Shown here: one piece after another, positions 1 through 8,361 of the stretch | Position numbering within the stretch: position 1 is the stretch's first letter | How the letters are laid out: each line of letters opens with the position of its first letter | Origin: a virus | DNA: 35,318 bases | Virus record (IMG/VR): IMGVR_UViG_3300009423_000003 | Direction: 5' to 3' (one strand) | The notes under the pieces: generated by a model | Databases searched by the model: none | What the model was told of the DNA's origin: nothing | The model's input: the letters and a program-made list of their open reading frames with translations, nothing else | Made by a program: the position numbers and the translations under genes

Positions 1-123
1 GGTGTTTATTCTTTCTTGCGCTCCTAATGTTATGGGCAATAGAATATTAGACAACAAAGATATTTCTCATGTTTACTTAATAGACGAGATTTATAACGGA
101 AAAAGTTATTGGTGCATAAAACA
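1..123. repeat. Terminal direct repeat, copy A (exact duplicate of 35196..35318)
   Basis: Bases 1-123 (ggtgtttattctttcttgcg...ggtgcataaaaca) recur base for base at the 3' end of the window. This implies a 35,195-bp unit genome. Confidence 0.95.
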
Positions 124-181
124 TAGAATAATGGAAACAGTAGAAATTAAAAATCCAACTGTATCAATGAAAAATGACTAA
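1..181 (+). CDS. 3' part of a 72-aa lipobox-containing small protein whose ATG is at 35158 (wraps through the terminal overlap)
   Basis: Reading frame 2 from base 2 continues the ORF that starts at 35158 and stops at TAA 179-181. The joined product is MVVIRIAFVITAWVFILSCAPNVMGNRILDNKDISHVYLIDEIYNGKSYWCIKHRIMETVEIKNPTVSMKND. Confidence 0.5.
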   Translation, partial: VFILSCAPNVMGNRILDNKDISHVYLIDEIYNGKSYWCIKHRIMETVEIKNPTVSMKND

Positions 182-458
182 ACCAATAGGGCAAGATTCA
201 AGCCTTAATATATCATTACCTATGCTTTTTCAAGCAGTAGGAATTATTGGTGCTATGGTCTGGGGTTATGGTGAGCTAAATGGTCGTATATCTTTTCTTG
301 AGTATCAGGTAAAGATAAATGAAGAACATATTACAGCTATAGAAGAAGATGCAAAGACTAGTCAAAACGCTGAGATTCCTGCTGACATAAGACAGAATGA
401 AAAGATTGAAGTTCTTGAAAGAGAAGTAGAAAGATTAAGAAATGGCCAAACTAAATGA
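174..458 (+). CDS. Small bitopic membrane protein with an N-terminal TM and a coiled coil (holin or i-spanin-like, paralog set)
   Basis: ORF track. Hydrophobic segment LPMLFQAVGIIGAMVWGY followed by a charged heptad-like tail. Its start overlaps the upstream stop. Confidence 0.6.
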   Translation: MTKPIGQDSSLNISLPMLFQAVGIIGAMVWGYGELNGRISFLEYQVKINEEHITAIEEDAKTSQNAEIPADIRQNEKIEVLEREVERLRNGQTK

Positions 459-705
459 TGACCTTGCTATCACGATTAATATTAAATGGCTCGTGCAGAT
501 TGTGGTGCTGGTTGCAATTATCGTTGGTAGCTATTACCAGGCACAAAAGCGCATGGCAGACAACCAGAGACATATACAGATAATAGAGCAAGATTTAAGC
601 GATCTAAAAAGTCGTGTTAGTACAATAGAAGCAAAGCGTACAAAAAGATTAGAGGATGAAAATAAATCCCTAATAGAAAAAGTAAACATTTTCAAAAAAC
701 GATAA
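442..705 (+). CDS. Small bitopic membrane protein with an N-terminal TM and a coiled coil (paralog of 174..458)
   Basis: TM segment WLVQIVVLVAIIVGSYY followed by a coiled-coil-like region (IIEQDLSDLKSRVSTIEAK). Overlaps the upstream gene by 17 nt. Same architecture and N-terminal pattern as 174..458. Confidence 0.6.
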   Translation: MAKLNDDLAITINIKWLVQIVVLVAIIVGSYYQAQKRMADNQRHIQIIEQDLSDLKSRVSTIEAKRTKRLEDENKSLIEKVNIFKKR

Positions 706-720
706 ACACAGGAGTCTAAA

Positions 721-939
721 ATGGCTAAAAAAGAAGAACAAAAAGAACCAACTCTTGTACTCGATGAAAAAGAGTATAAGATCAATAGTATGAAAGATGA
801 GGAGAAATTAGTAGTCGCTCATATTAACGACCTTAATCGCAAGATTGACAACGCAAAGTTCAATCTACAGCAGATGGAAATGGGTAGGCAGAGCTTTGTT
901 TCTAACTTAAAAAATAGTTTAGAAGCAGAAGAAGCATAA
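721..939 (+). CDS. Small acidic coiled-coil protein with no TM
   Basis: ORF preceded by the SD-like caggagtctaaaATG. A strong terminator follows it. Confidence 0.55.
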   Translation: MAKKEEQKEPTLVLDEKEYKINSMKDEEKLVVAHINDLNRKIDNAKFNLQQMEMGRQSFVSNLKNSLEAEEA

Positions 940-946
940 GAACCTA

Positions 947-976
947 AAGGGGGAGCTTAGTCTCCCCCTTATTTTT
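947..976 (+). terminator. Rho-independent terminator
   Basis: 9-bp stem AAGGGGGAG/CTCCCCCTT, 6-nt loop, then ATTTTT. Confidence 0.75.
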
Positions 977-987
977 AGAGGAGAAAA

Positions 988-1248
988 ATGGTGGAGAATT
1001 GGACAGAAGTTGGATTTGCTGGTTTAGCAGCAGGAATACTATGGATGACATTTAAGTGGATGACATCTGAGCTAAATAAAAAGATTGATGACCTACATCA
1101 AATCATAATAAAGCTAATTGACTCTAAGAACGTAATGATTGAGAAGTTCGCAGAGCTTAATGATGAGCTAACTGACCAGTTAAATTATATCGAAGCTAAG
1201 ATCGGTAACGGTCGCGGATCTAAACAAAGTAGAAGGTCATCCAAATGA
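988..1248 (+). CDS. Small bitopic membrane protein with an N-terminal TM and a coiled coil
   Basis: SD gaggagaaaaATG. TM segment VGFAGLAAGILWMTFKW followed by a helical charged region. Confidence 0.6.
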   Translation: MVENWTEVGFAGLAAGILWMTFKWMTSELNKKIDDLHQIIIKLIDSKNVMIEKFAELNDELTDQLNYIEAKIGNGRGSKQSRRSSK

Positions 1249-1469
1249 AAGTAGAAGCCTATCGCGGTGAGATACTAGAACGCCTAACAAGACTCGAAGA
1301 AAAGAGTCAGGCGCATTTTGAGGTTACAAAAGAAATTAGAGTAGATGTTAAGGCACAGAATGGCAGAGTAAGAGCCTTAGAGAATAAACAAGCGTGGTTC
1401 ACAGGAATACTAGCAACCGTCACTTTTGTTTTTAGTAGTCTTTTTGCATGGATTAAAGGAGTTAATTAA
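1245..1469 (+). CDS. Small tail-anchored membrane protein with an N-terminal coiled coil and a C-terminal TM
   Basis: ATGA start/stop overlap with the upstream gene. C-terminal TM segment WFTGILATVTFVFSSLFAWI. Confidence 0.6.
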   Translation: MKVEAYRGEILERLTRLEEKSQAHFEVTKEIRVDVKAQNGRVRALENKQAWFTGILATVTFVFSSLFAWIKGVN

Positions 1470-1471
1470 TT

Positions 1472-1615
1472 ATGGAAATCTTTACACAAAATTGGGAATG
1501 GTTTTTACTAGGATTTATGGTTTGTGAAAAACTAGTAAAATTAAGCCCTACAGATAAAGACGATATCTTGTTAGATGTCGTATGGACTAGTATTAAGAAA
1601 GTAGCAGGGAAATAA
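1472..1615 (+). CDS. 47-aa small membrane protein, not in the ORF track (MEIFTQNWEWFLLGFMVCEKLVKLSPTDKDDILLDVVWTSIKKVAGK)
   Basis: Translated by hand. It fills the gap exactly, with the ATG 2 nt after the upstream stop. It has a hydrophobic N-terminus and shares a KDDxI/L motif with the next small ORF. Confidence 0.45.
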   Translation: MEIFTQNWEWFLLGFMVCEKLVKLSPTDKDDILLDVVWTSIKKVAGK

Positions 1616-1616
1616 T

Positions 1617-1772
1617 ATGCTTAAACGATTAGTAGGTAGACTTGTAAGAAAACATGGCATGAAAAAGCTTATGATTATGATTGGTGACTTTGCAGTCAAG
1701 CAAAGCAGAGGCAAAGACGATGATAAAATATGGAACGATGAAGTAAAGCCATTTATTGAAAACAACTTTTAA
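1617..1772 (+). CDS. 51-aa small protein, not in the ORF track (MLKRLVGRLVRKHGMKKLMIMIGDFAVKQSRGKDDDKIWNDEVKPFIENNF)
   Basis: Translated by hand. It abuts both neighbours, and its stop at 1770-1772 is directly followed by the ATG at 1773. Confidence 0.45.
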   Translation: MLKRLVGRLVRKHGMKKLMIMIGDFAVKQSRGKDDDKIWNDEVKPFIENNF

Positions 1773-2258
1773 ATGGTCAGCATAAAGCAAATGCGCTCGC
1801 TAATACAGCGCACCTGTAGTGCAATGGGAGATAAGTATGGCTCTGAAAGTGCTGTAGATATGGTATTAGCTACAGGCATAATAGAGTCACGCTATGAGTA
1901 TATTACGCAGATGAATGATGGCCCAGCAAAATCTTTCTTCCAGGTAGAACCAGCAACAGCCGTTGACAACTGTATGCACTATTTAAAACATAGGCCAGAG
2001 CTTATGCAAAAATGTGCAGAGGCTAGTCTGGTTGATTTAAAGTATTGGCAGATGTATGATAATAAAGTCTGGGCTGAGATCTTAGAAAAGAATATTGCAG
2101 CAGGCATAGTACATTGCCGTATTAAATACTGGAGAATACCTAAACGTATGCCGAGCGGTGTTGAAGGAATGTCGCACTACTGGAAAGATTATTATAACGC
2201 TGGTGGCAAAGGCAATGCTGACGAGTTCGTTGAACAGGTTACTAAGTGGCTACGTTAA
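1773..2258 (+). CDS. Lysozyme-like / SLT-type lytic transglycosylase (candidate endolysin)
   Basis: ATGIIESRYEY (catalytic Glu-Ser context) and GPAKSFFQVEPATAVD resemble the SLT motifs ES...GA.GLMQ. It follows a run of small membrane proteins. Confidence 0.55.
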   Translation: MVSIKQMRSLIQRTCSAMGDKYGSESAVDMVLATGIIESRYEYITQMNDGPAKSFFQVEPATAVDNCMHYLKHRPELMQKCAEASLVDLKYWQMYDNKVWAEILEKNIAAGIVHCRIKYWRIPKRMPSGVEGMSHYWKDYYNAGGKGNADEFVEQVTKWLR

Positions 2259-2280
2259 GTAGTCGAAAAGGGTTTAAGTA

Positions 2281-2511
2281 ATGGATTTAGCGGAAAGAAT
2301 GCAAATACTAATGGATGAGGTTCGTGCTATTAAATTATTTAGCAGAGCTATGAAAAGAGATTTTGAGACAGATATGTCTTTAACCTCTTTGAAGAAAATT
2401 GCAAACCTAATGTCAATGATTGATGGTTTAGATGTACCTGAGATAGTCTGTTCGTTTGAATCTGTAGAGGAACAAGAACTTATAAACAGTAAACAAAGTG
2501 GACTTGCATAA
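2281..2511 (+). CDS. Hypothetical protein
   Basis: ORF track. It is coupled to the next gene through a TAATG overlap. Confidence 0.5.
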   Translation: MDLAERMQILMDEVRAIKLFSRAMKRDFETDMSLTSLKKIANLMSMIDGLDVPEIVCSFESVEEQELINSKQSGLA

Positions 2512-3488
2512 TGGGTACAAGACTTGAAGCTTTTTGCAATATCAATACCGACCTTCAAGGTGTTGAGCCAAATATAGATAACTACGATCGAAAGAGACTG
2601 GTACAAAACTTTCAAAGCTATTCAACGAATGTATACGCTGCCTATAACTCTGGATATGTAAGCATGAGTTATGTTGACGGTAAAGAGATGAATATGCAGA
2701 CATCACTTGGAGCTGTAGACTCTTCAGATGATGCGTTTTATGATTCTGCACAAGATGCTCTATATGTATACAGCTCAGTAGACCCAGACAACCTAACCTA
2801 TGAAGCAGGAGAGGACTGGGCCACAGTAAAACAGCGTGTGATAAACGAACAGGCAGACCGCATACGCTCTTTTATCAATAGACCCATATTTAAACGTACA
2901 AAGTCAGAAGACCAGGGCGCTGCAAGTAGAGATTATGACTTCGTACTTATTAGCTCTAATGCAGGACTAGCTTGTGCTGAACTGATGCGACCTGTAGATC
3001 CTGAGAGAGCTTTGGAAATAGAACAGCGCTACATCTCACCTGATGGTGATGGTATGCTAGACCTTTTAAAACGAGGCGAATATGCACTATGGCATGAGTC
3101 TAGCTATGAAAAGAATGAAGGAAGAATTGTACCTGTAGCTGTTAATGCGAATACTACTGGCGGTATTTTAGACACAAAGTCAATCGCACTACCAGCCGTA
3201 GACTATGACGATGTTCGTGTAAAAATCACAGCAGGCGGTACGTTTACAGCAGGAACAGAAAACACCAGCGTAAAGTATAGTGTCTTTGTTAAGAACGACA
3301 AAGGACTAGCAATGGAAGAAGTGATACAGTCAGAAGAGATCAATGGCGATTATCAAGGCTTGGCGTACGGAATGTATATACGCTTTGGTGAAGGGGTCTA
3401 TACGACCAACGATGCATGGAGTATTATAGTCATGGGCTTACCAGAAGAACATGGCGAAGTAAAATCAGAACAAATTTCTAGGAGATAA
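2511..3488 (+). CDS. Virion structural protein (neck or head-associated, by position only)
   Basis: 325-aa ORF upstream of the head-tail joining and tail genes. No diagnostic motif was recognised. Confidence 0.5.
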   Translation: MGTRLEAFCNINTDLQGVEPNIDNYDRKRLVQNFQSYSTNVYAAYNSGYVSMSYVDGKEMNMQTSLGAVDSSDDAFYDSAQDALYVYSSVDPDNLTYEAGEDWATVKQRVINEQADRIRSFINRPIFKRTKSEDQGAASRDYDFVLISSNAGLACAELMRPVDPERALEIEQRYISPDGDGMLDLLKRGEYALWHESSYEKNEGRIVPVAVNANTTGGILDTKSIALPAVDYDDVRVKITAGGTFTAGTENTSVKYSVFVKNDKGLAMEEVIQSEEINGDYQGLAYGMYIRFGEGVYTTNDAWSIIVMGLPEEHGEVKSEQISRR

Positions 3489-3491
3489 GAT

Positions 3492-3575
3492 ATGCCAAAA
3501 GGTAAAGGTTACGGTTACGCTGTAAAAAAGAAAAAGAAGAAGAAGAAGAAAGTGCGCGTTAAAAGGCGTAAGTAG
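3492..3575 (+). CDS. 27-aa polybasic micro-ORF (MPKGKGYGYAVKKKKKKKKKVRVKRRK)
   Basis: Translated by hand. SD-like taggagataagatATG. It fills the gap between two structural genes. Confidence 0.35.
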   Translation: MPKGKGYGYAVKKKKKKKKKVRVKRRK

Positions 3576-3581
3576 AGTTTT

Positions 3582-4025
3582 GTGGCTACCCAATACACCG
3601 CAGTTATCAAAGACAATGTTATTGACCCACTTGAATCACTAATTAAGGGTGAGTTCGATAAGCTACCTGTATTCTATGACATTGATTTCAAAAGTCGTGG
3701 GAATTTCTTTCTGCGATTTATCCCTACACAAGACGAATTAGACCAACCTACTACAGAAGACCAGATTAGATTATACGGTGTACTCTTGCGACTGTATAGA
3801 CGTACTCCTGGAATCTACTCACGCAGAAACAATCTAGAGCAATTAATGAATTACTCAGATAGAATAAAGCGACTGGTTGGCAACAATTCAAACTACAGCC
3901 CCTCATCTAGTTATAAATGGAATGATGCTGTCATCACTTTTGTTAATTATGAGCCAGAGCTTGAAGATGCAGAGAACGCATATCAAGTGGTAGAGCTTTT
4001 ATTTAACTGCAATGTATTGATATGA
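3582..4025 (+). CDS. Head-tail joining / tail completion protein candidate (paralog A)
   Basis: GTG start. The N-terminus V.D.L..LI..EF...P..YD...RGN.FF shows the same pattern as 4022..4609. It lies upstream of the tail tube gene. Confidence 0.55.
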   Translation: MATQYTAVIKDNVIDPLESLIKGEFDKLPVFYDIDFKSRGNFFLRFIPTQDELDQPTTEDQIRLYGVLLRLYRRTPGIYSRRNNLEQLMNYSDRIKRLVGNNSNYSPSSSYKWNDAVITFVNYEPELEDAENAYQVVELLFNCNVLI

Positions 4026-4609
4026 TTAGCTACAATAAAACATTTAATCAAAACGTATTGGATAACTTGAGACTATTGATTGCTCAAGAATTTCGGAATA
4101 TTCCTATACGCTATGATAGTGTGTACAGAGGTAACTCGTTCTTTCATTTAACGCCTAGAAGGGATGAAATCATTGAATTACGCTCAGATGGCGCGATTCG
4201 TGAATACTCGATACTTATCACCTATAATGAAAAAGAACGCGGTAGATACGTCAAAAATCGCAGTTTAGATAGCCGTATTAACATTGTAGAGAGATTGAAG
4301 GAAATTATCAGGGTAAATGTAGCAAGTATTGATGATTTTTTATACTTTGTTGATTCTGGTGGTAATAATTTTTTAACTAGCGATTCTGAGGAGTTGCGTA
4401 TTTTAAAAAGACCTATTCTTATCACAAGCACCGATCAGTTTTTTATTACTTCAGATGACAAAGCGTTTACAGTATTCCCTGCTGACTTTAGCTATGAGTG
4501 GCATAACGCCAGATTGCAATCTGTAAACTATGATTTAGAAAGAGAGAATGCTAATTACTTATCATCTAGTATGGAGTTTCTATGCGTAGTTGAAGAGGTA
4601 TATGCGTAA
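4022..4609 (+). CDS. Head-tail joining / tail completion protein candidate (paralog B, with an insertion)
   Basis: ATGA overlap with 3582..4025. It shares the N-terminal pattern (NVLDNLRLLIAQEFRNIPIRYDSVYRGNSFFHL). Confidence 0.55.
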   Translation: MISYNKTFNQNVLDNLRLLIAQEFRNIPIRYDSVYRGNSFFHLTPRRDEIIELRSDGAIREYSILITYNEKERGRYVKNRSLDSRINIVERLKEIIRVNVASIDDFLYFVDSGGNNFLTSDSEELRILKRPILITSTDQFFITSDDKAFTVFPADFSYEWHNARLQSVNYDLERENANYLSSSMEFLCVVEEVYA

Positions 4610-4624
4610 ACCATTAAGGTATAA

Positions 4625-4801
4625 ATGATGGCAAAATATAAAGCAAAAAAACCAATAAGTTCATTTGGCAGTTACAAAGGTCTGACAACTGAAGATTGGA
4701 ACGCATTGAATAACGGCAAATCTGTAGACTTAGATAAAGTGCCAGAGGCAGCCAAAGAATTTTTAGAAAAAGTAACACCTAGTAAGAAGGAGTCTAAGTA
4801 A
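4625..4801 (+). CDS. 58-aa hypothetical protein, not in the ORF track (MMAKYKAKKPISSFGSYKGLTTEDWNALNNGKSVDLDKVPEAAKEFLEKVTPSKKESK)
   Basis: Translated by hand. TAATG overlap with the tail tube gene start at 4801. Confidence 0.45.
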   Translation: MMAKYKAKKPISSFGSYKGLTTEDWNALNNGKSVDLDKVPEAAKEFLEKVTPSKKESK

Positions 4802-5832
4802 TGGCTTTAGACGGACAAGCATTTAGCCCAAAACAATTTCAATTAGCAATACAGGGTGAGGCTGCAATAGGTACAGCAGACATAGATGGCCCAATGAATC
4901 TAGTTAATATAGATAGTATTGAAATGCCTAATCTTAACCTAACACAAGTATTTGATGTACGAAGTGGATCAAGTGGTAGGGTTGCCGATGCAGATGATGT
5001 ACTTATAGATGAAAAAGGCGTTACAAAAGAAATTACTTTTTCTGGAGTCTTTGATCAAGTGATTGCCCCAATACTGCTTGGCAACGTACTAGGTGGTGCG
5101 ACTGTATCTACAGACTTAATAACCGTACCTTATAATTACACACCAGATGAGCTTCAAACTGGCGTAAGTGGAGATGCTACTAAAACATTAACACTTGCTG
5201 TGGTTAACCCTAAAACAAATGATGGGTCAAGCGATGAACATAGATCTATGATTTTTCCAGGGTGCGTTATTACCTCACTAGCAATTAGTGGTGATATGTC
5301 TAACGAATCAGGTCGCTTACGTTTTACAGCAACAGCAAGGACTGGCTATATATCTAATTTTGATGAGGCAGATCCAAGTGTGGCTAATGCTTTTACAGCT
5401 TACGGATCAGCCTACTATTCACTTGCTACAATGAGTGCAGGAGTAAAAAGAACTATAGCTGGCGCTGAAAATTCTGTTATACAAAGCTTTAGTTTAAATA
5501 TAGAAAATCCAGCAGAATTTGTAGGACAAAGCACAAACGGTAACCCAGATGCCATTGTTAGAGCTGTTCCAGAACTTTCAGTAACCTTAGATGCAACCGT
5601 AAAATATGATAGCAATACAGCAGATTATTTTGAAGCGCACAAAGCTAACTCTCATGTAATATCAAATGTAGCTGATAACGCTACAATAGCTAATGCTAGT
5701 AGTTTTGGCTTTATTGGAAGTTATGGAAGAATAACGAATGTTGCTTATAACGAAGCAAACGCAATGATGCTTGATGTATCGACTAAGTTCTTTGCATCCG
5801 CAGCAAATCCCCTTATTGCAATTACAACCTAA
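4801..5832 (+). CDS. Major tail (tube) protein candidate
   Basis: 343-aa ORF directly upstream of the chaperone pair and the tape measure. The call is based on synteny only. Confidence 0.5.
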   Translation: MALDGQAFSPKQFQLAIQGEAAIGTADIDGPMNLVNIDSIEMPNLNLTQVFDVRSGSSGRVADADDVLIDEKGVTKEITFSGVFDQVIAPILLGNVLGGATVSTDLITVPYNYTPDELQTGVSGDATKTLTLAVVNPKTNDGSSDEHRSMIFPGCVITSLAISGDMSNESGRLRFTATARTGYISNFDEADPSVANAFTAYGSAYYSLATMSAGVKRTIAGAENSVIQSFSLNIENPAEFVGQSTNGNPDAIVRAVPELSVTLDATVKYDSNTADYFEAHKANSHVISNVADNATIANASSFGFIGSYGRITNVAYNEANAMMLDVSTKFFASAANPLIAITT

Positions 5833-5838
5833 TAAAAT

Positions 5839-6108
5839 ATGATAAAAACAAAGCATGGTGAATTTGAGATTCGCCCTATCACTTTTGGTGAGCGTAGAGA
5901 ACTCCATCGTTTGGAGATGAAGGTGTTTTGGGATGAAAACACTATTGAAAAAGACGCTTACTTTGATCTGTTAAACTGGTGCATGGAAAAAGCTTTTCCT
6001 AACCCAGAAGAAACCCTAGAGAAATTTGATGATGCACAGATAGACGAAGTATTGAATGATGTCTATAGACATTACAAGGGTTTAGATCAAAAAAAAACTG
6101 TCAAGTAA
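5839..6108 (+). CDS. Tail assembly chaperone, short (G-like) product
   Basis: 89-aa ORF immediately upstream of the tape-measure gene. It ends just after an A9 run. Confidence 0.8.
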   Translation: MIKTKHGEFEIRPITFGERRELHRLEMKVFWDENTIEKDAYFDLLNWCMEKAFPNPEETLEKFDDAQIDEVLNDVYRHYKGLDQKKTVK

Positions 6109-6512
6109 GAATCTCAACTTGGGCTAATTACTTTGGGTGGGGTAATAGTCTGTATCCTTCTAAAGTCACTACCTACGAAGCACAAAGCCCTACCCTGGGC
6201 AAGATAATCACATTTACAGAAGATGAGATATGGGATGAGTGCGCTCGTATCGTAGAAGAAGACAAGCACAATAAGTTCTCTATTGGGCAGAATCTTTACT
6301 ACAACCTCAACTTCTTCTGCAACCCTAAGTTCTTTTTAGACAATGAGATAGAAGGATACATTGACGATTACTTTGTCTCTAACAAGTTTAACCTACCGCT
6401 ATCAGACACGCTATACAATGCCGATGCAAAAACGATTGACATCTTTCGTGTTATTAGTGAAGAGCTTACCGCTTGTGAAAAAAGATCAAGGGAAATGAAT
6501 AATGGCAAATAA
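5839..6512 (+). CDS. Tail assembly chaperone, -1 frameshifted long (GT-like) product
   Basis: I translated frame 3 codon by codon from 6090 to TAA 6510-6512. It is open for about 139 codons with no start codon near its 5' end, and it ends 11 nt into the tape-measure gene. Entry is only possible from frame 1 by a -1 slip on the A9 run. Confidence 0.75.
6089..6097 (+). promoter_or_regulatory. Slippery site (A9) for programmed -1 ribosomal frameshift
   Basis: gat caa aaa aaa act in the zero frame, which contains an A AAA AAA heptamer. The position matches the lambda G/GT paradigm. Confidence 0.7.
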
Positions 6513-8361
6513 ATTTGTAATAGAAGTCAGAGCTAAAGGTTTTACAAACCTTCAGGGTCAGTTAAATAAAGCTGACGGAGCTATGAAGAACTTTGACAAT
6601 ACTGGTGGTAGAGTTCGTGGCACTACTGCTGGTATACGAAGAGAAATAGGAGCCTTACGAAACAATCTTCTGTTATACACATTTGCTCTTGGCGCTGCTG
6701 CTAGAACAATGGGTGGTTTTTTAAAAGCTGCATCTTCAATGCAAGAACAGGTGAGTCAATTCAAAGTTGTATTTGGAGATGCTTCAGATGAAGCATTTAG
6801 ATTTGCTGATACATTGGCAATTAGCTTTCAAAGGTCAGAAACATCTATTATAGCTCTTATGGCCTCATTGCAAGACACTTTTGTACCGCTAGGATTTTCA
6901 AGGCAAGAAGCTAGTAAGCTTTCAAAGGCATTAACTCAACTTACTTTTGACATATCCTCATTTAAAGACAAGTCTACTGATGAAGTATCAAGAGCGTTAA
7001 CCTCTGCTATTGTAGGTAACCATGAAGCTGTCAGAGGGCTTGGCATTATTCTTACTGAGGCACAGTTAAAACAAGCAGCTTTTAATTCAGGAATTTTTAA
7101 AGGCACAGGTGAATTAAGTTCGCAACAGAAGGTTCTTGCTAGGCTTGCTGTTATACTAAATAGTACAAAGGATGCTCAAGGCGATCTTATTAGGACACAG
7201 GATGAATTTGCAAATCAAACTAGAAGACTTCAAGAACAGTTAAAAGATTTACAAGTAGAGATTGGTCAATTACTTATACCAATAGCAGCAGTTGGTTTAG
7301 AATTTTTAAAGATTGAACGCATTAAGGCATATTCGGCTGCTATTGGCGGAGTTGCTGTTATCTATGGAGTTGCCAGAGCAAAGGCTCTTTTATTTGCACT
7401 ATCGTTAGCATCTGTAAAAGTTGCTTTAGCTAGAACTGGGATTGGATTGGGAGTTATAGCTCTAGGAGAGCTTGGGACTATGTTTTTATCGGCTGGAAAA
7501 GATGCAGACAGCGGTAAAGATGCTTTAGTTGACTATCAAAAAACTCTAGAAGAATTAGCTAATTTTGCAAACAAAACCGATGCTCCTGGTACTGTAGTTA
7601 AAATGCTTTTGCAGCAAAAAGGATTTGCAATTAAAGCAGATAAAGAAATTTTAGATGAAATAAAGAAACGAGAAAAAGAGCGTAAAGATTTAAGAGACAA
7701 GCGCTTTGGAGAACAGCAAGTACAAGCTGAACTTATTAAGCAAATGCAAGAAAAACAGCATATAGCAGAAATTTTTAGACAGGATGAGCGTAGGGCTTCT
7801 TTTTTAAAAGCAAAAGAAGAGCTTAAGAAGTTAGCTGATGAAGAATCCTTAAGGCTTGAAAAACTATCTGCTCCATTCCAAGTGTTATCTCAAACTCTAT
7901 CACAGGCTATCTTGCAAACTGATAATTTAGGCGATGCTTTCACAAAAACTTTTGAAATACTTAGAGCGCAAGTTGCTGCAAAAGCATTTGAAATCCTTAT
8001 ACTATCTATGCTTGGAGTACCTGTAGGTGGTCAAGGAGCAACTCCTGGTGGAATTTTTGGAAGAATTTTTGGTGTAGCTCATAAAGGCGGTAAAATTACA
8101 AAAAATGGCGTTCAATCTTTTAATTCAGGTGGAATGGTGCAAGGTAGAGATAATGTTCCTATACTAGCTCAAGCTGGAGAATTTGTTATTAAAAGAGATT
8201 CGGCTGAATCTATAGGTTTAAATACCTTAAATCAGATAAATGAAACTGGACAAGCAGGAAATCTAAATCTACATTTTTCTGGGCCAATTACAAACGCAGA
8301 CTATGTTAGAGATGTCATCGTTCCAGAAATACAAAAAGCAACTGGAAGCAACCTAGCGTGA
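6502..8361 (+). CDS. Tail tape measure protein
   Basis: 619 aa, helix-rich, with hydrophobic central segments. The N-terminal region resembles the TP901-type tape-measure domain (SMQEQVSQFKVVFGDASDEA...VGNHEAVRGLGI). It follows the chaperone frameshift pair. Confidence 0.9.
   Translation: MANKFVIEVRAKGFTNLQGQLNKADGAMKNFDNTGGRVRGTTAGIRREIGALRNNLLLYTFALGAAARTMGGFLKAASSMQEQVSQFKVVFGDASDEAFRFADTLAISFQRSETSIIALMASLQDTFVPLGFSRQEASKLSKALTQLTFDISSFKDKSTDEVSRALTSAIVGNHEAVRGLGIILTEAQLKQAAFNSGIFKGTGELSSQQKVLARLAVILNSTKDAQGDLIRTQDEFANQTRRLQEQLKDLQVEIGQLLIPIAAVGLEFLKIERIKAYSAAIGGVAVIYGVARAKALLFALSLASVKVALARTGIGLGVIALGELGTMFLSAGKDADSGKDALVDYQKTLEELANFANKTDAPGTVVKMLLQQKGFAIKADKEILDEIKKREKERKDLRDKRFGEQQVQAELIKQMQEKQHIAEIFRQDERRASFLKAKEELKKLADEESLRLEKLSAPFQVLSQTLSQAILQTDNLGDAFTKTFEILRAQVAAKAFEILILSMLGVPVGGQGATPGGIFGRIFGVAHKGGKITKNGVQSFNSGGMVQGRDNVPILAQAGEFVIKRDSAESIGLNTLNQINETGQAGNLNLHFSGPITNADYVRDVIVPEIQKATGSNLA

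Noticed and set aside
534-2751. Minus-strand ORFs 534..785, 1571..1765, 2274..2615 and 2542..2751
   Set aside because: They are antisense to tightly packed, translationally coupled plus-strand genes. Their peptides are low-complexity and Cys/Ser/Phe-rich, as is typical of non-coding frames.
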